NCBI GenBank assembly: GCA_026387835.1
Contig: JAPLKZ010000010.1
Span: 331,716-363,715 of the forward strand
Direction of reading: 5' to 3'
Length of the DNA: 32,000 nt
Origin: Candidatus Saganbacteria bacterium
GTDB taxonomy: Bacteria; Margulisbacteria; WOR-1; JAKLHX01
Under the pieces are notes generated by a model. It worked only from the letters and a program-made list of their open reading frames with translations. It ran no database searches and had not been told where the DNA came from. Below are positions 9,116-18,745 of the stretch, one piece after another. Position 1 is the first letter of the stretch. Every line of letters starts with the position of its first letter. Made by a program: the position numbers and the translations under genes.

Positions 9116-9727
9116 TTATTTTCCCTTCAATACTTGTTCGAGCGCCACGGAAGCCATCAGCGCCGCGCATGCTATCACCCTCGGGGCCAAAGGGGGGGTT
9201 TCTTTTCCGGCATATGTTTCCTCATCTCCGACTATATAGACGTTTTTTCTGGCTTTCCTGATCTTGATATGCGTCTCATTTTTTATGCCCGCCATACCGC
9301 TCCCCATGATCAGGATCTTGTCTGTATTTCCGAAGCTCTCAAGGAATAGTTTCTTTGACTGAGCATTATCAAAAGCTTCGAAAATAACATCTCTGTCTTT
9401 GTAGTATTCTAAAATATTGCTTCTGTCGAGATGGATCTTTTTTGCCTTTATCTTTGCGTCGGGATTTATAAGGAGTATTTTCTTCGCTGTTGTATCGACT
9501 TTAGAGGCCCCTATCTCGCCGAGAAAATAATTCTGCCTGTTAAGATTGCTTGCTTCAATGACGTCCTCATCAATGATCTCAAAGTCCTTGAACCCTGACC
9601 TTACTATGGCATTGGCTATATTTGAACCTAACCCTCCGCAACCCGCAATGCCAATCTTTGTCTTTTGAATGATGCCGAGCTGTTCTTTTGTAAAGTATTT
9701 TAGTAGCCCTTTTTCAAATTCGTTCAT
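9116..9727 (-). CDS. ThiF/HesA/MoeB-family E1-like sulfur-carrier adenylyltransferase
   Basis: KIGIAGCGGLGSNIANAIVRSGFKDFEIIDEDVIEASNLNRQNYFLGEIGASKV nucleotide-binding motif; directly abuts the ThiS-like gene. Confidence 0.92.
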   Translation of the reverse strand: MNEFEKGLLKYFTKEQLGIIQKTKIGIAGCGGLGSNIANAIVRSGFKDFEIIDEDVIEASNLNRQNYFLGEIGASKVDTTAKKILLINPDAKIKAKKIHLDRSNILEYYKDRDVIFEAFDNAQSKKLFLESFGNTDKILIMGSGMAGIKNETHIKIRKARKNVYIVGDEETYAGKETPPLAPRVIACAALMASVALEQVLKGK

Positions 9728-9928
9728 TTACCCGCCCCCGACAAAAGATATTATTTCGATCTTGTCGTTCTCGTTCAAATAAGTCTTGCCCCATTCTTCA
9801 CCTTTAAGGATCTTCCCGTTGTGCTCGATAACGGCTCTCGCGGAGTCGAGTTTGTGCATGCTTGCCAGATACCTGATGTTCACGGACCGGGGAGTTTCTT
9901 TTTCTTCGCCGTTTACTATAATCTTCAT
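9728..9928 (-). CDS. ThiS-like beta-grasp sulfur carrier protein, 66 aa, C-terminal GGG
   Basis: MKIIVNGEEKE...; ends ...NDKIEIISFVGGG-stop, with an exposed C-terminal Gly-Gly and no extra residue. Confidence 0.9.
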   Translation of the reverse strand: MKIIVNGEEKETPRSVNIRYLASMHKLDSARAVIEHNGKILKGEEWGKTYLNENDKIEIISFVGGG

Positions 9929-10539
9929 TTTTCTCCTCCGTTTTTCCGCGACAGCACGAACAGTCCTGTTGTTGCGAACATGTTGGGAAAAATGAAGGCT
10001 TTTTTCTTTTCCCCGATAAATATCTTTCTTTCAATGTTTATCCTGTTCTTTTTGCAGAAATCGATAAAATCATATATCGTCAAGAATCTCACGTTCGGTG
10101 TTTCGAACCATTTATAAGGGAGTGATGCTGTGACCGGCATCCTTCCTCTTAAAACAAGCTGTAATCTTGATTTATAGTAGGCGAAATTCGGGATCCCTAC
10201 GATGACCTTATTGCCCACCCTGATAGCGTCGTCAAGGACCTTTTCCACGTGCGCTACCTGCTGGAGACTCTGGTTAAGTATGACGTAGTCGAACGATTTA
10301 TCCCTGTATTCAGAGAGGCCTGAATCGATGTCGCCGTGAAAAACGCTCAGCCCTTTTTCAACGCACTCCCGGACAGCTTTTTCGTCGATCTCTATGCCGA
10401 CGATCCTGGCCTTTTTTTCCTGTTCAAGCAGCTGCATCAGCTCGCCTGGGCCGCATCCGAGATCAAGGATGCTTGTCCTTGCATCTACGATCTCAAGTAT
10501 CTGCCTGTGGTCCGGCCTTAGTTTCCCCCAGTCGATCAT
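9925..10539 (-). CDS. metW: Methionine biosynthesis protein MetW (SAM-methyltransferase fold)
   Basis: ILDLGCGPGELM, VGIEIDEKAV, FDYVILNQSLQQV, ASLPYKWFETPNVRFLTIYDF; immediately follows metX. Confidence 0.92.
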   Translation of the reverse strand: MIDWGKLRPDHRQILEIVDARTSILDLGCGPGELMQLLEQEKKARIVGIEIDEKAVRECVEKGLSVFHGDIDSGLSEYRDKSFDYVILNQSLQQVAHVEKVLDDAIRVGNKVIVGIPNFAYYKSRLQLVLRGRMPVTASLPYKWFETPNVRFLTIYDFIDFCKKNRINIERKIFIGEKKKAFIFPNMFATTGLFVLSRKNGGEK

Positions 10540-10540
10540 G

Positions 10541-11677
10541 TTAATCTCTGCCCCTTTCGACTTTCGCCAGAAAATGTTTTATCAGGTGTGTAAGTTCTTT
10601 TGTCTCAAGCAGAAAAGCATCGTGTCCGTATGTTGAATCGATCTCGCAATAAGATGTGTCGAGCCCTGCTCTTTTGCATGCTTTGACGATCTCCTTTGAG
10701 TGGTGCGTCGGATAAAGCCAGTCCGATTTCATCGCGATTGCAAGGATTTTTACGTCGCCTCCAATGAGCGCTTCTTCGAGCGGTTTGCCTTTAGATGCAT
10801 CATAATAGTCCATGGCCTTTGTTATGTAAAGATATGAGTTCGCATCAAATCTTTTTACAAAACTATCCCCTTTGTATTGCAGGTATTTTTCAACCTCGAA
10901 ATGCGCGTCAAACTTGGCCGGCAGTTTCTTTTCATTCTTTTGCCTGCCGAATTTTTCTTCCATCGAGACATCGCTCATATAAGTTATGTGCCCAAGCATG
11001 CGTGCAAGCGCCAGCCCTTTTGCCGGAATTTCCTGCCCGTAATATTTCCCCTCGTTCCAGTTTGGGTCAGACATTATTGCTTGTCGTCCCACTTCGTGGA
11101 ACGCTATCTGCTGCGGGGAGTGCTTTGATGATGTGGCAATCGGTATCGCGCTGTGTATCATGCCCGGATATTTTACCAGCCATGAGACTGCCTGCATGCC
11201 GCCCATCGATCCTCCCGCAACCCCCAGAAGTTTCTTTATGCCAAGATGCTCGACCAGTTTTTTCTGTGCACTGACCATATCTCCGATCGTTATGAACGGA
11301 AAATCCAGAGAATAAGGATTGCCGGTGGCCTGATTTATTGATGATGGCCCTGTGGATCCGCTGCAGCCGCCAAGCACATTTGAACATATGATGAAATACT
11401 TATCCGTATCAAAAGCTTTTCCCGGACCGACCATTTCATCCCACCAGCCCGGCTTTTTATCATCTGCACTGTATCTTCCGGCAACATGGCTGTCTCCTGA
11501 AAGTGCGTGAAGAAGCAGGATGCCATTTTCCGCATCTTCATCAAGCTTTCCGTAAGTCTCGTATGCGAGGGTTATCGGGCCAAGCTTCTCCCCGCTTTCG
11601 AGGATTAAGCCATGCGAGCCTTCCCCAAAAGTGAAGTATTTCTTTTCTACGGTCCAGATACTCCCCTTTTTTATCAT
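10541..11677 (-). CDS. metX: Homoserine O-acetyltransferase
   Basis: [63 protein letters not shown], catalytic Asp and His regions (SDWLYPT, GHDAFL). Confidence 0.95.
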   Translation of the reverse strand: MIKKGSIWTVEKKYFTFGEGSHGLILESGEKLGPITLAYETYGKLDEDAENGILLLHALSGDSHVAGRYSADDKKPGWWDEMVGPGKAFDTDKYFIICSNVLGGCSGSTGPSSINQATGNPYSLDFPFITIGDMVSAQKKLVEHLGIKKLLGVAGGSMGGMQAVSWLVKYPGMIHSAIPIATSSKHSPQQIAFHEVGRQAIMSDPNWNEGKYYGQEIPAKGLALARMLGHITYMSDVSMEEKFGRQKNEKKLPAKFDAHFEVEKYLQYKGDSFVKRFDANSYLYITKAMDYYDASKGKPLEEALIGGDVKILAIAMKSDWLYPTHHSKEIVKACKRAGLDTSYCEIDSTYGHDAFLLETKELTHLIKHFLAKVERGRD

Positions 11678-11683
11678 ATTTTT

Positions 11684-12610
11684 CTACTCTTCAAATAACC
11701 AGGTCGAAAGGTACCTTTCCCCGGTATCAGGAAGAAGGACGATTATCGTTTTGCCTTTGGATTCCGGTCTTTTTGCCACTTCAATCGCTGCCCAGAGTGC
11801 GGCGCCGCTCGAAATGCCGACCAAAAGTCCTTCTTTTTTTGCAGCGAGTCTGGCCAACTGTCCTGCGTCTTCATTCGAGACCTTTATTATCTCATCTACC
11901 GTCTTTGAGTTGTAGATCTTAGGAACAAACCCCGCCCCTATCCCCTGTATCTTGTGAGCTCCAGGAGAACCGCCCGACAGTACCGGAGAATCTTTCGGTT
12001 CCACTGCTATGATCTTTACGTCGTTCTTCTTTTTTTTGAGGGCTTCACCTACTCCGGTAATTGTCCCTCCGGTCCCGACTCCCGCGATAAATATATCAAC
12101 CTTTCCGTCGGTATCGCTCCAGATCTCTTCGGCAGTGGTCTTCCTGTGGATCTCGGGGTTTTCCGGGTTCTCGAACTGCTGCGGTACAAAGCTGTTGGGA
12201 ATGCTCTGGTGCAGCTCCTGTGTTTTCGCAATAGCTCCCGACATTCCTTTTGTCCCGTCGGTCAGGACAAGTTCCGCGCCGAAGATCTTGAAAAGCTTTC
12301 TTCTTTCGATGCTCATGGTCTCGGGCATCGTAAGTATAAGGCGGTATCCTCTTGACGCGCAGATAAATGCCAGGGCTATGCCGGTATTACCGCTCGTCGG
12401 CTCGATTATCACGGTGTCTTTTTTTATAAGCCCTTTCTTCTCCGCGTCTTCGATAAGGGCTATCCCGAGCCTGTCTTTTACGCTTGAGAGTGGGTTGAAT
12501 GATTCGAGCTTTGCAATGACCGTTGCCCCCAGACCCTCGGCTAATTTGTTGATCCTGACCAAAGGCGTTCTGCCGATAGTCTTAGTTATGTCTTCAAATA
12601 TCTTTGTCAT
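11684..12610 (-). CDS. cysK: Cysteine synthase A / O-acetylserine sulfhydrylase
   Basis: [54 protein letters not shown]. Confidence 0.95.
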   Translation of the reverse strand: MTKIFEDITKTIGRTPLVRINKLAEGLGATVIAKLESFNPLSSVKDRLGIALIEDAEKKGLIKKDTVIIEPTSGNTGIALAFICASRGYRLILTMPETMSIERRKLFKIFGAELVLTDGTKGMSGAIAKTQELHQSIPNSFVPQQFENPENPEIHRKTTAEEIWSDTDGKVDIFIAGVGTGGTITGVGEALKKKKNDVKIIAVEPKDSPVLSGGSPGAHKIQGIGAGFVPKIYNSKTVDEIIKVSNEDAGQLARLAAKKEGLLVGISSGAALWAAIEVAKRPESKGKTIIVLLPDTGERYLSTWLFEE

Positions 12611-12625
12611 CGGTTCATCCTCCTT

Positions 12626-13930
<1,305 letters not shown>

Positions 13931-13943
13931 TTATTTTTTTGCC

Positions 13944-13982
13944 GGTCCTTTAGGCCTTGTTTTTCCCAAGCCTAAGAGGACC
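13944..13982 (-). promoter_or_regulatory. Long imperfect hairpin in the metY leader
   Basis: Minus-strand GGTCCT[c]TTAGGCTTG-GGAAAAA-CAA[g]GCCTAAAGGACC, about 15 bp with two single-nt bulges, directly upstream of the metY SD; no following U-tract. Confidence 0.6.
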
Positions 13983-13987
13983 CGCTT

Positions 13988-14038
13988 TTAATTTTGCTTA
14001 GACTGGTTTTTCCCGACACGCATACCGTCATCGTCCAT
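13988..14038 (-). CDS. Candidate 16-aa small ORF between rrf2 and metY (MDDDGMRVGKNQSKQN)
   Basis: SD AAGGAGG at 14046-14052, 7 nt before ATG at 14036-14038; stop TAA at 13988-13990. Not in the ORF track because of length. Confidence 0.4.
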   Translation of the reverse strand: MDDDGMRVGKNQSKQN

Positions 14039-14052
14039 AGGTCCACCTCCTT

Positions 14053-14490
14053 TTATATAAAGTAATTTGTCCCCTTGCTTTTTAACTGGTTTTTTTCAAT
14101 AAGGTCCTGTAATGTAATCCCGGACAGGTATTTTTTTATGTTTTGTGCCATCCCGTCCCACACGTCCATTGTCACGCATTGAAGGGCCCTTTTGCATGAA
14201 TCGGGATCGTCAACACAATCGACAAAATTGATTGGCCCCTCGAGTAATGATACGATTTCTTCCAAATTTATCTTTGCCGGCTTTTTTGCCAAAATATAGC
14301 CGCCCTTTGAGCCGCGGATCGAATTTACCAGCCCCGCATTTTTAAGCGGCGGGATAAGCTGCCATAAATATTTTTCCGAGATCTCCTGTCTTTTTGATAT
14401 GTCCTTCAATAAGGCCGGCCCCTGGCCGAAATGGAGCGCCAGATCGAGCATTAACCTCACTCCATATCTCCCTTTTGTAGACAGCTTCAT
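14053..14490 (-). CDS. Rrf2-family transcriptional regulator (IscR/CymR-like) heading the sulfur/methionine operon
   Basis: MKLSTKGRYGVRLMLDLA, ISEKYLWQLIPPLKNAGLV, SIRGSKGGYILAK, Cys triad CVDDPDSCKRALQC. Confidence 0.93.
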   Translation of the reverse strand: MKLSTKGRYGVRLMLDLALHFGQGPALLKDISKRQEISEKYLWQLIPPLKNAGLVNSIRGSKGGYILAKKPAKINLEEIVSLLEGPINFVDCVDDPDSCKRALQCVTMDVWDGMAQNIKKYLSGITLQDLIEKNQLKSKGTNYFI

Positions 14491-14541
14491 AAATAAAACC
14501 TCGGATAATCTATCTCTACTAATTCTATCGCATTACTAGAC

Positions 14542-14570
14542 ATTATACTTGCATTTAATTTCCCTGTCAA
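14542..14570 (-). promoter_or_regulatory. Exact-consensus sigma70-type promoter for the rrf2-metY operon
   Basis: Minus strand TTGACA (14565-14570), 17 nt spacer, TATAAT (14542-14547). Confidence 0.85.
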
Positions 14571-14599
14571 GGCCTTACTTTTTATTTAGTTAATCTGCA

Positions 14600-15030
14600 T
14601 TATTGGCTGTTCCAGAGAGGTAGTCCCGTGGCTTTGTCTTTTCCCCTGATAAGTTCTCCTCCTGTCAACTCTTGAACGTGAAATTCTGCCACAAATATCT
14701 CCGTTCCCGGTATCAAATGCCGCCGAAAGCTTTTCCGTCAAAATCCGCAAGAGTGATGTGGGCATGCACAAATATTTCGCCGTCTTTGATCGATATGTTG
14801 CCTGTACATGAAGATATCTCAAGCTTTTTATTGATCTCGACGCAGCCCGTGTACTGTTTTTGTTCCTGGTCATAGTACCCGAGCTTTGCATTTCTGACCG
14901 CTCCGATCAGATTAAAAACGCCAAGGCGGATGTTTTCTTTCTTGCACAGATCGTTCAATGACGCAAGCAGGTCTTCGCCTGATTCGAACCTGCCGATGAA
15001 TGACCTTCCCTCCTGCGGTTTTATATACAT
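14600..15030 (-). pseudogene. DUF296/PPC-domain protein interrupted by a 1-nt frameshift (gene decay or sequencing/assembly error)
   Basis: Frame 1 ends ...ITLADFDGKAFGGI-stop at 14713. The +1 frame from 14719 continues HLIPGTEIFVAEFHVQELTGGELIRGKDKATGLPLWNSQ-stop at 14600, giving the expected full-length domain. Confidence 0.8.
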
Positions 15031-15036
15031 GTCTTT

Positions 15037-15066
15037 ATTATACTAATGTTATAATTTGATTGCCAA
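15037..15066 (-). promoter_or_regulatory. Putative leaderless promoter of the DUF296 gene
   Basis: Minus strand TTGGCA (15061-15066), 18 nt spacer, TATAAT (15037-15042), 6 nt, ATG at 15030; no SD. Confidence 0.55.
15047..15055 (+). promoter_or_regulatory. Putative extended -10 promoter of nth
   Basis: TGTTATAAT (TGnTATAAT) at 15047-15055; ATG at 15066, no SD. Confidence 0.5.
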
Positions 15067-15710
15067 TGCAAGACCAAAAAGAACATGCAAACAGGATTAT
15101 CGGCATATTATCAAAAAAATATCCGGATGCCGGCATAGCACTTCAATATAAAACCCCTTTTCAGCTTTTGGTCGTTGTTATCCTGTCAGCGCAATCGACA
15201 GATAAACAGGTCAACAAACTTTCTCCTGCCCTTTTTAAAATACTTAAGACGGCGAAAGACTTCGCGAAGGCCGACGTCAAAGAGATAGAAAAATATATCT
15301 ATTCTTCCGGGTTTTTCAGGGCAAAAGCAAAAAATATAAAGGCTATGGCGCAGATGCTGCTTTCTGATTATGGCGGCGTTGTCCCCGATTCAATGGAAGC
15401 GTTGATAAGGCTACCAGGGGTTGCAAGGAAAACTGCGAATGTAGTTCTTTTTAATGCTTTTAATAAGAACGAGGGGATTGCTGTGGATACTCACGTTATC
15501 AGGCTTTCTCAACGTCTCGGCCTTTCAAAATACTCAGACCCGGTAAAGATAGAGCGGGACCTTATGGAGCTTTTCCCTAAAAATATGTGGGGCAAGATAA
15601 CATATTATCTGATCGAGCACGGCAGGAATATCTGCGACGCGAAGAGGCCTAAATGCGAGATATGTCCGGTAAAAAAGCTTTGCCCCTATTTTAAGTCGGT
15701 TCTATACTAG
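15060..15710 (+). CDS. nth: Endonuclease III (start TTG 15060 or ATG 15066)
   Basis: LLVVVILSAQSTDKQVN, LPGVARKTANVVL, VDTHVIRLSQRLGL, and CX6CX2CX5C [4Fe-4S] motif CDAKRPKCEICPVKKLC. Confidence 0.95.
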   Translation: MPMQDQKEHANRIIGILSKKYPDAGIALQYKTPFQLLVVVILSAQSTDKQVNKLSPALFKILKTAKDFAKADVKEIEKYIYSSGFFRAKAKNIKAMAQMLLSDYGGVVPDSMEALIRLPGVARKTANVVLFNAFNKNEGIAVDTHVIRLSQRLGLSKYSDPVKIERDLMELFPKNMWGKITYYLIEHGRNICDAKRPKCEICPVKKLCPYFKSVLY

Positions 15711-15713
15711 CTG

Positions 15714-16955
15714 TTATTCCAGCGGTATCGATGTTCTTTCAATATCCTCTTCGGCCTCATCCCTATATTGTCCCGGTTTGTCCTTCGCGTGCAGTATTTG
15801 AATTGATATTTTTGTAAGCCTTACGTCGTGAACGGTTTGCACGTCCGGACCAAGGGCAAATATGACAAATGATTTTGTTATGCTACTTTTGCAGGAGATT
15901 ACATCAACAGTGCGGTCTCCGAACATTGTTTCTCTTTTTATTGCTTCTTCCAGCGAAACCGGGAAAGCCGTATTGGCAAATTCCCAGCCTATAGCTCTTG
16001 TCCTGGGATGGCCTACGGTCTCTGCCCAGGGTGTATTCCATCTTGCCAGGTTCTCTGCCCAGCGCACCAAAAACGGATATTGTTCCCTGCTCCAGATACA
16101 TCCCAGAGAGATCCCCAGCTTTAAATTCCTTACAACGAACCACCCGAAGGGGCTTGTTTTTGGCATGTGCATCGTGGCGCAGTCGCTTTCCGGAACTTTC
16201 GGGAACACGCTCAGGTCGATCAGCGACCCGTCTTCCGCGGGCGCCAAAGGATATTCAAACTCTTCCCCTCTTGTTAAAAGCTGCTTTGTCGGTTCGCCTG
16301 CCCGCGGAGTAAAGAATTCATAAGGAAATGTCACGCCTCTCGTTCCTTTTGGCAGGTATGTCACTGAATCTGCCATAAATTCCCAGCTGAATGTCATATG
16401 CTGGGCAATGGTCGCTATTCTTGTTGTGCTTGCTAGTCTGTTGGAAAATGTGTCATCGAAGCCTATTGCCTGTGCTCCCCTGGAAAATCCGATCTCCCTG
16501 TTCACTGCTGTATTTGTGATCGGCAGTTTTGCGTTCATTGTCAGGCCGTTTCTGTTTATTTTAGACAAGGCGGCTGTCCATGGAACTTTATTGACTTCGC
16601 CGTGAGCGCCCCCAAAAACTTTCAGCTCTCCTCCGCCGAAAATCGGGAAACACATGTTCAGTCCGGTTATTCCGGCGAGTAGCGGGCCGTCGCATCCCGC
16701 ACCAAAAATTTGGTATTCCGGTCTCCTGAGATCGAATTTGTCGGGTTCCTGTGATTGCCACGGCGGTATCCATAGCGGGTTTATTGTTTTCCCTGCACTT
16801 TGTATCAGTATTTCCGGGATAGATCCGCCTACTTTGTGTATTGTAATTCTGTCGATATTTGTCCCTTTTCTGTCAGTTGAAAGTGCCGCCTGAACTGCCT
16901 TCCTCCCGTTAAAAACAGTATCCCGGGTTATTGTGGCCGAAAACGTCGTTTTCAT
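15714..16955 (-). CDS. Conserved-looking protein of unknown function, possibly galactose-mutarotase-like superfold
   Basis: Intact 413 aa ORF with SD (aaaggag). Contains GLNMCFPIFGGGELKVFGGAHGEVNKVPW and LGISLGCIWSREQYPFLVRWAEN, suggestive of mutarotase-like folds; family not recognised with certainty. Confidence 0.5.
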   Translation of the reverse strand: MKTTFSATITRDTVFNGRKAVQAALSTDRKGTNIDRITIHKVGGSIPEILIQSAGKTINPLWIPPWQSQEPDKFDLRRPEYQIFGAGCDGPLLAGITGLNMCFPIFGGGELKVFGGAHGEVNKVPWTAALSKINRNGLTMNAKLPITNTAVNREIGFSRGAQAIGFDDTFSNRLASTTRIATIAQHMTFSWEFMADSVTYLPKGTRGVTFPYEFFTPRAGEPTKQLLTRGEEFEYPLAPAEDGSLIDLSVFPKVPESDCATMHMPKTSPFGWFVVRNLKLGISLGCIWSREQYPFLVRWAENLARWNTPWAETVGHPRTRAIGWEFANTAFPVSLEEAIKRETMFGDRTVDVISCKSSITKSFVIFALGPDVQTVHDVRLTKISIQILHAKDKPGQYRDEAEEDIERTSIPLE

Positions 16956-17047
16956 GATATTAGTCTCCTTTAAGTTTTATCGTCAATATATCTATCGAAT
17001 GGATTATTTGAAAATTTCAGTGAATTTTGGGGTCGGGTTATTTTGTT

Positions 17048-18676
17048 CTAGAAAAGAGAGTTTGCCGTCATATCCGCGGGTTTTTTAAGGCTCATGAGGC
17101 CGACAATTGTTGTTCCGATATCGGGAATAATCCCTTCGCTTTTCAAGCTGACTTCTTTCCCGATGATCCAGAACGGAACTTTGTTTAATGAATGCTGGGT
17201 GCTGACGATCTCTTTCCCGTTCGTTTCAAAATACATCTCGTCACAATTGCCGTGATCCGCAGTTAAGATAAAGACCCCGCCTTTTGAAGTCCACGCCGGC
17301 ACGAGCTTTTCAAGGCATTTGGAAATATCGCATATCGCTTCTGTCGCAGCTTTTAAATTCCCCGTATGTCCGACCATGTCGCCGTTCTGGAAATTGTGCA
17401 CTATGAGGGAATATTTGCCGCTTTCTATAGCTTTAAGTGAATAATCGGTCTCAAGGAAGGCCGTCATCTCCGGCACCCAGTCGTAATGTTTTCCCTCCTG
17501 AGTTCTTTCCTTGAGCTTCATGTCCTGGGCTAGATGCCTGTCTTCTCCCGGAAAAGGTTCCGCCCTTCTTCCCGAGAACCAGGCTGTTACGTGCGCGAAT
17601 TTTTCCGGGCCTGCAAGACGCAGCTGTTTCAGCCCGGCCCTCGAGATGACTTCTCCAACGGTGTCCGGTATTTCCTTTTCCGGAAAGGCTGTCAGCCCGT
17701 GAAGACCGGGATAATACTCTGTCATCGCCACAAAAACGAACGGCTGGATACCTTTTTGAAGGCCAAGTATTTGTTTATATATATCTTCATCTATAGGCTT
17801 CGTGCCTTTTTTGTAATCAAAGAATTTTTTATCCTGCTCGCAGAACGTCGTTGTCAGCTGTATCGTCCTGTCCTGCCTGAAATTAAAGTAGATAACGGAA
17901 TCTTTTGGTTTTATGCCTTTATAATCGCCGATTATCGTCGGTCTTATGAATTCGTCCGTATCCCCTCTTTTGTACGAATCCTCTATCGCCTGCCTTGCAG
18001 TATCGGATTTATATTCTCCCTGTCCGAGCACTAAAGCTTTCATTGCGATCAGCGTCTTGTCCCATGCCGTGTCGCGGTCCATCGCGATCTCGCGCCCCAT
18101 CACTGAAGCAATCTTTACCACACCGGAAAGCCCGAGCTCCGCAATCTTATCCTCGAGCATCTTCAGGTAGATCTCTCCCGCAGCCTTAGGGTTTGTATCG
18201 CGGCCGTCGGTGAATAAATGAATTTTGACGTTTTTGAGCGTGTTCCTTTTTACAAGATCGAGAAGTGCATAAAGATGCAGGATGCTCCCGTGGACTGTCC
18301 CGCCATGCCCCTGGAGTATTCCCATAAGATGGAGCGTTGAATCGTTCTTTTTACAGTTGTCTACAGCTTTCGTCAAAGCTTCGTTCTTGAAAAAACTCCC
18401 ATCGTTTATCGCGACGTTTATCCTCTCGATCGATTGGTATACAACCCTTCCTGCTCCCATATTGAGATGATTTACCTCGGAATTGCCCATCGTTCCTGCC
18501 GGAAGGCCGACAGCCAGGCCGCTGCATTCCAGCTTTGAATAAGGGTGTTTTTCAAAAAGTTCTTTTATAAAAGGTGCATTGCCTGACTTTATCGCGTCAT
18601 AGATCGCGTTGCTTTCGTCCTGTTTCCCGAGCGCGAAGCCATCGAGGATGCATAGATATACCCTGTTATTTCCCAC
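17048..18676 (-). CDS. gpmI: 2,3-bisphosphoglycerate-independent phosphoglycerate mutase (GTG start)
   Basis: CILDGFALG, AGTMGNSEVNHLNMGAGRVVYQSIERIN, HLFTDGRDTNP, GREIAMDRD, NFQNGDMVGHTGN, LTADHGNCDEM. Confidence 0.95.
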   Translation of the reverse strand: MGNNRVYLCILDGFALGKQDESNAIYDAIKSGNAPFIKELFEKHPYSKLECSGLAVGLPAGTMGNSEVNHLNMGAGRVVYQSIERINVAINDGSFFKNEALTKAVDNCKKNDSTLHLMGILQGHGGTVHGSILHLYALLDLVKRNTLKNVKIHLFTDGRDTNPKAAGEIYLKMLEDKIAELGLSGVVKIASVMGREIAMDRDTAWDKTLIAMKALVLGQGEYKSDTARQAIEDSYKRGDTDEFIRPTIIGDYKGIKPKDSVIYFNFRQDRTIQLTTTFCEQDKKFFDYKKGTKPIDEDIYKQILGLQKGIQPFVFVAMTEYYPGLHGLTAFPEKEIPDTVGEVISRAGLKQLRLAGPEKFAHVTAWFSGRRAEPFPGEDRHLAQDMKLKERTQEGKHYDWVPEMTAFLETDYSLKAIESGKYSLIVHNFQNGDMVGHTGNLKAATEAICDISKCLEKLVPAWTSKGGVFILTADHGNCDEMYFETNGKEIVSTQHSLNKVPFWIIGKEVSLKSEGIIPDIGTTIVGLMSLKKPADMTANSLF

Positions 18677-18682
18677 AGCAAT

Positions 18683-18688
18683 ATTATA
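18683..18688 (-). promoter_or_regulatory. Putative -10 element of gpmI placing +1 at the GTG start codon
   Basis: Minus strand TATAAT 6 nt before GTG (18676); no convincing -35 and no SD. Confidence 0.45.
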
Positions 18689-18706
18689 CTACAAGTTGGC
18701 CATATG

Positions 18707-18731
18707 ATACTTGACCGTTTCGCTCAAGTAT
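18707..18731. promoter_or_regulatory. IscR type 1-like operator palindrome
   Basis: ATACTTGAcCGtttCGcTCAAGTAT: perfect 8-bp outer arms plus inner CG/CG; overlaps the -35 of the downstream rrf2/iscR-like gene. Confidence 0.8.
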
Positions 18732-18739
18732 AGTATTAT
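18711..18739 (+). promoter_or_regulatory. Putative leaderless promoter of the iscR-like gene
   Basis: TTGACC (18711-18716), 17 nt spacer, TATTAT (18734-18739), predicted +1 at the ATG (18746); no SD. Confidence 0.6.
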
Positions 18740-18745
18740 TTTATT

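Noticed and set aside
14535-14570. Second IscR type 1 site in the rrf2-metY promoter (CTTGACA...GCAAGTAT)
   Set aside because: The half-sites are 5 nt further apart than in the 18707-18731 palindrome and coincide with the -35 and -10 flanks; the resemblance is probably promoter consensus only.
17048-18676. GNSEVNHLNMGAGR in GpmI (Asn where Gly is common) as an altered active site
   Set aside because: The catalytic Ser and metal-binding motifs are intact; a single neighbouring substitution is not enough to claim altered function.
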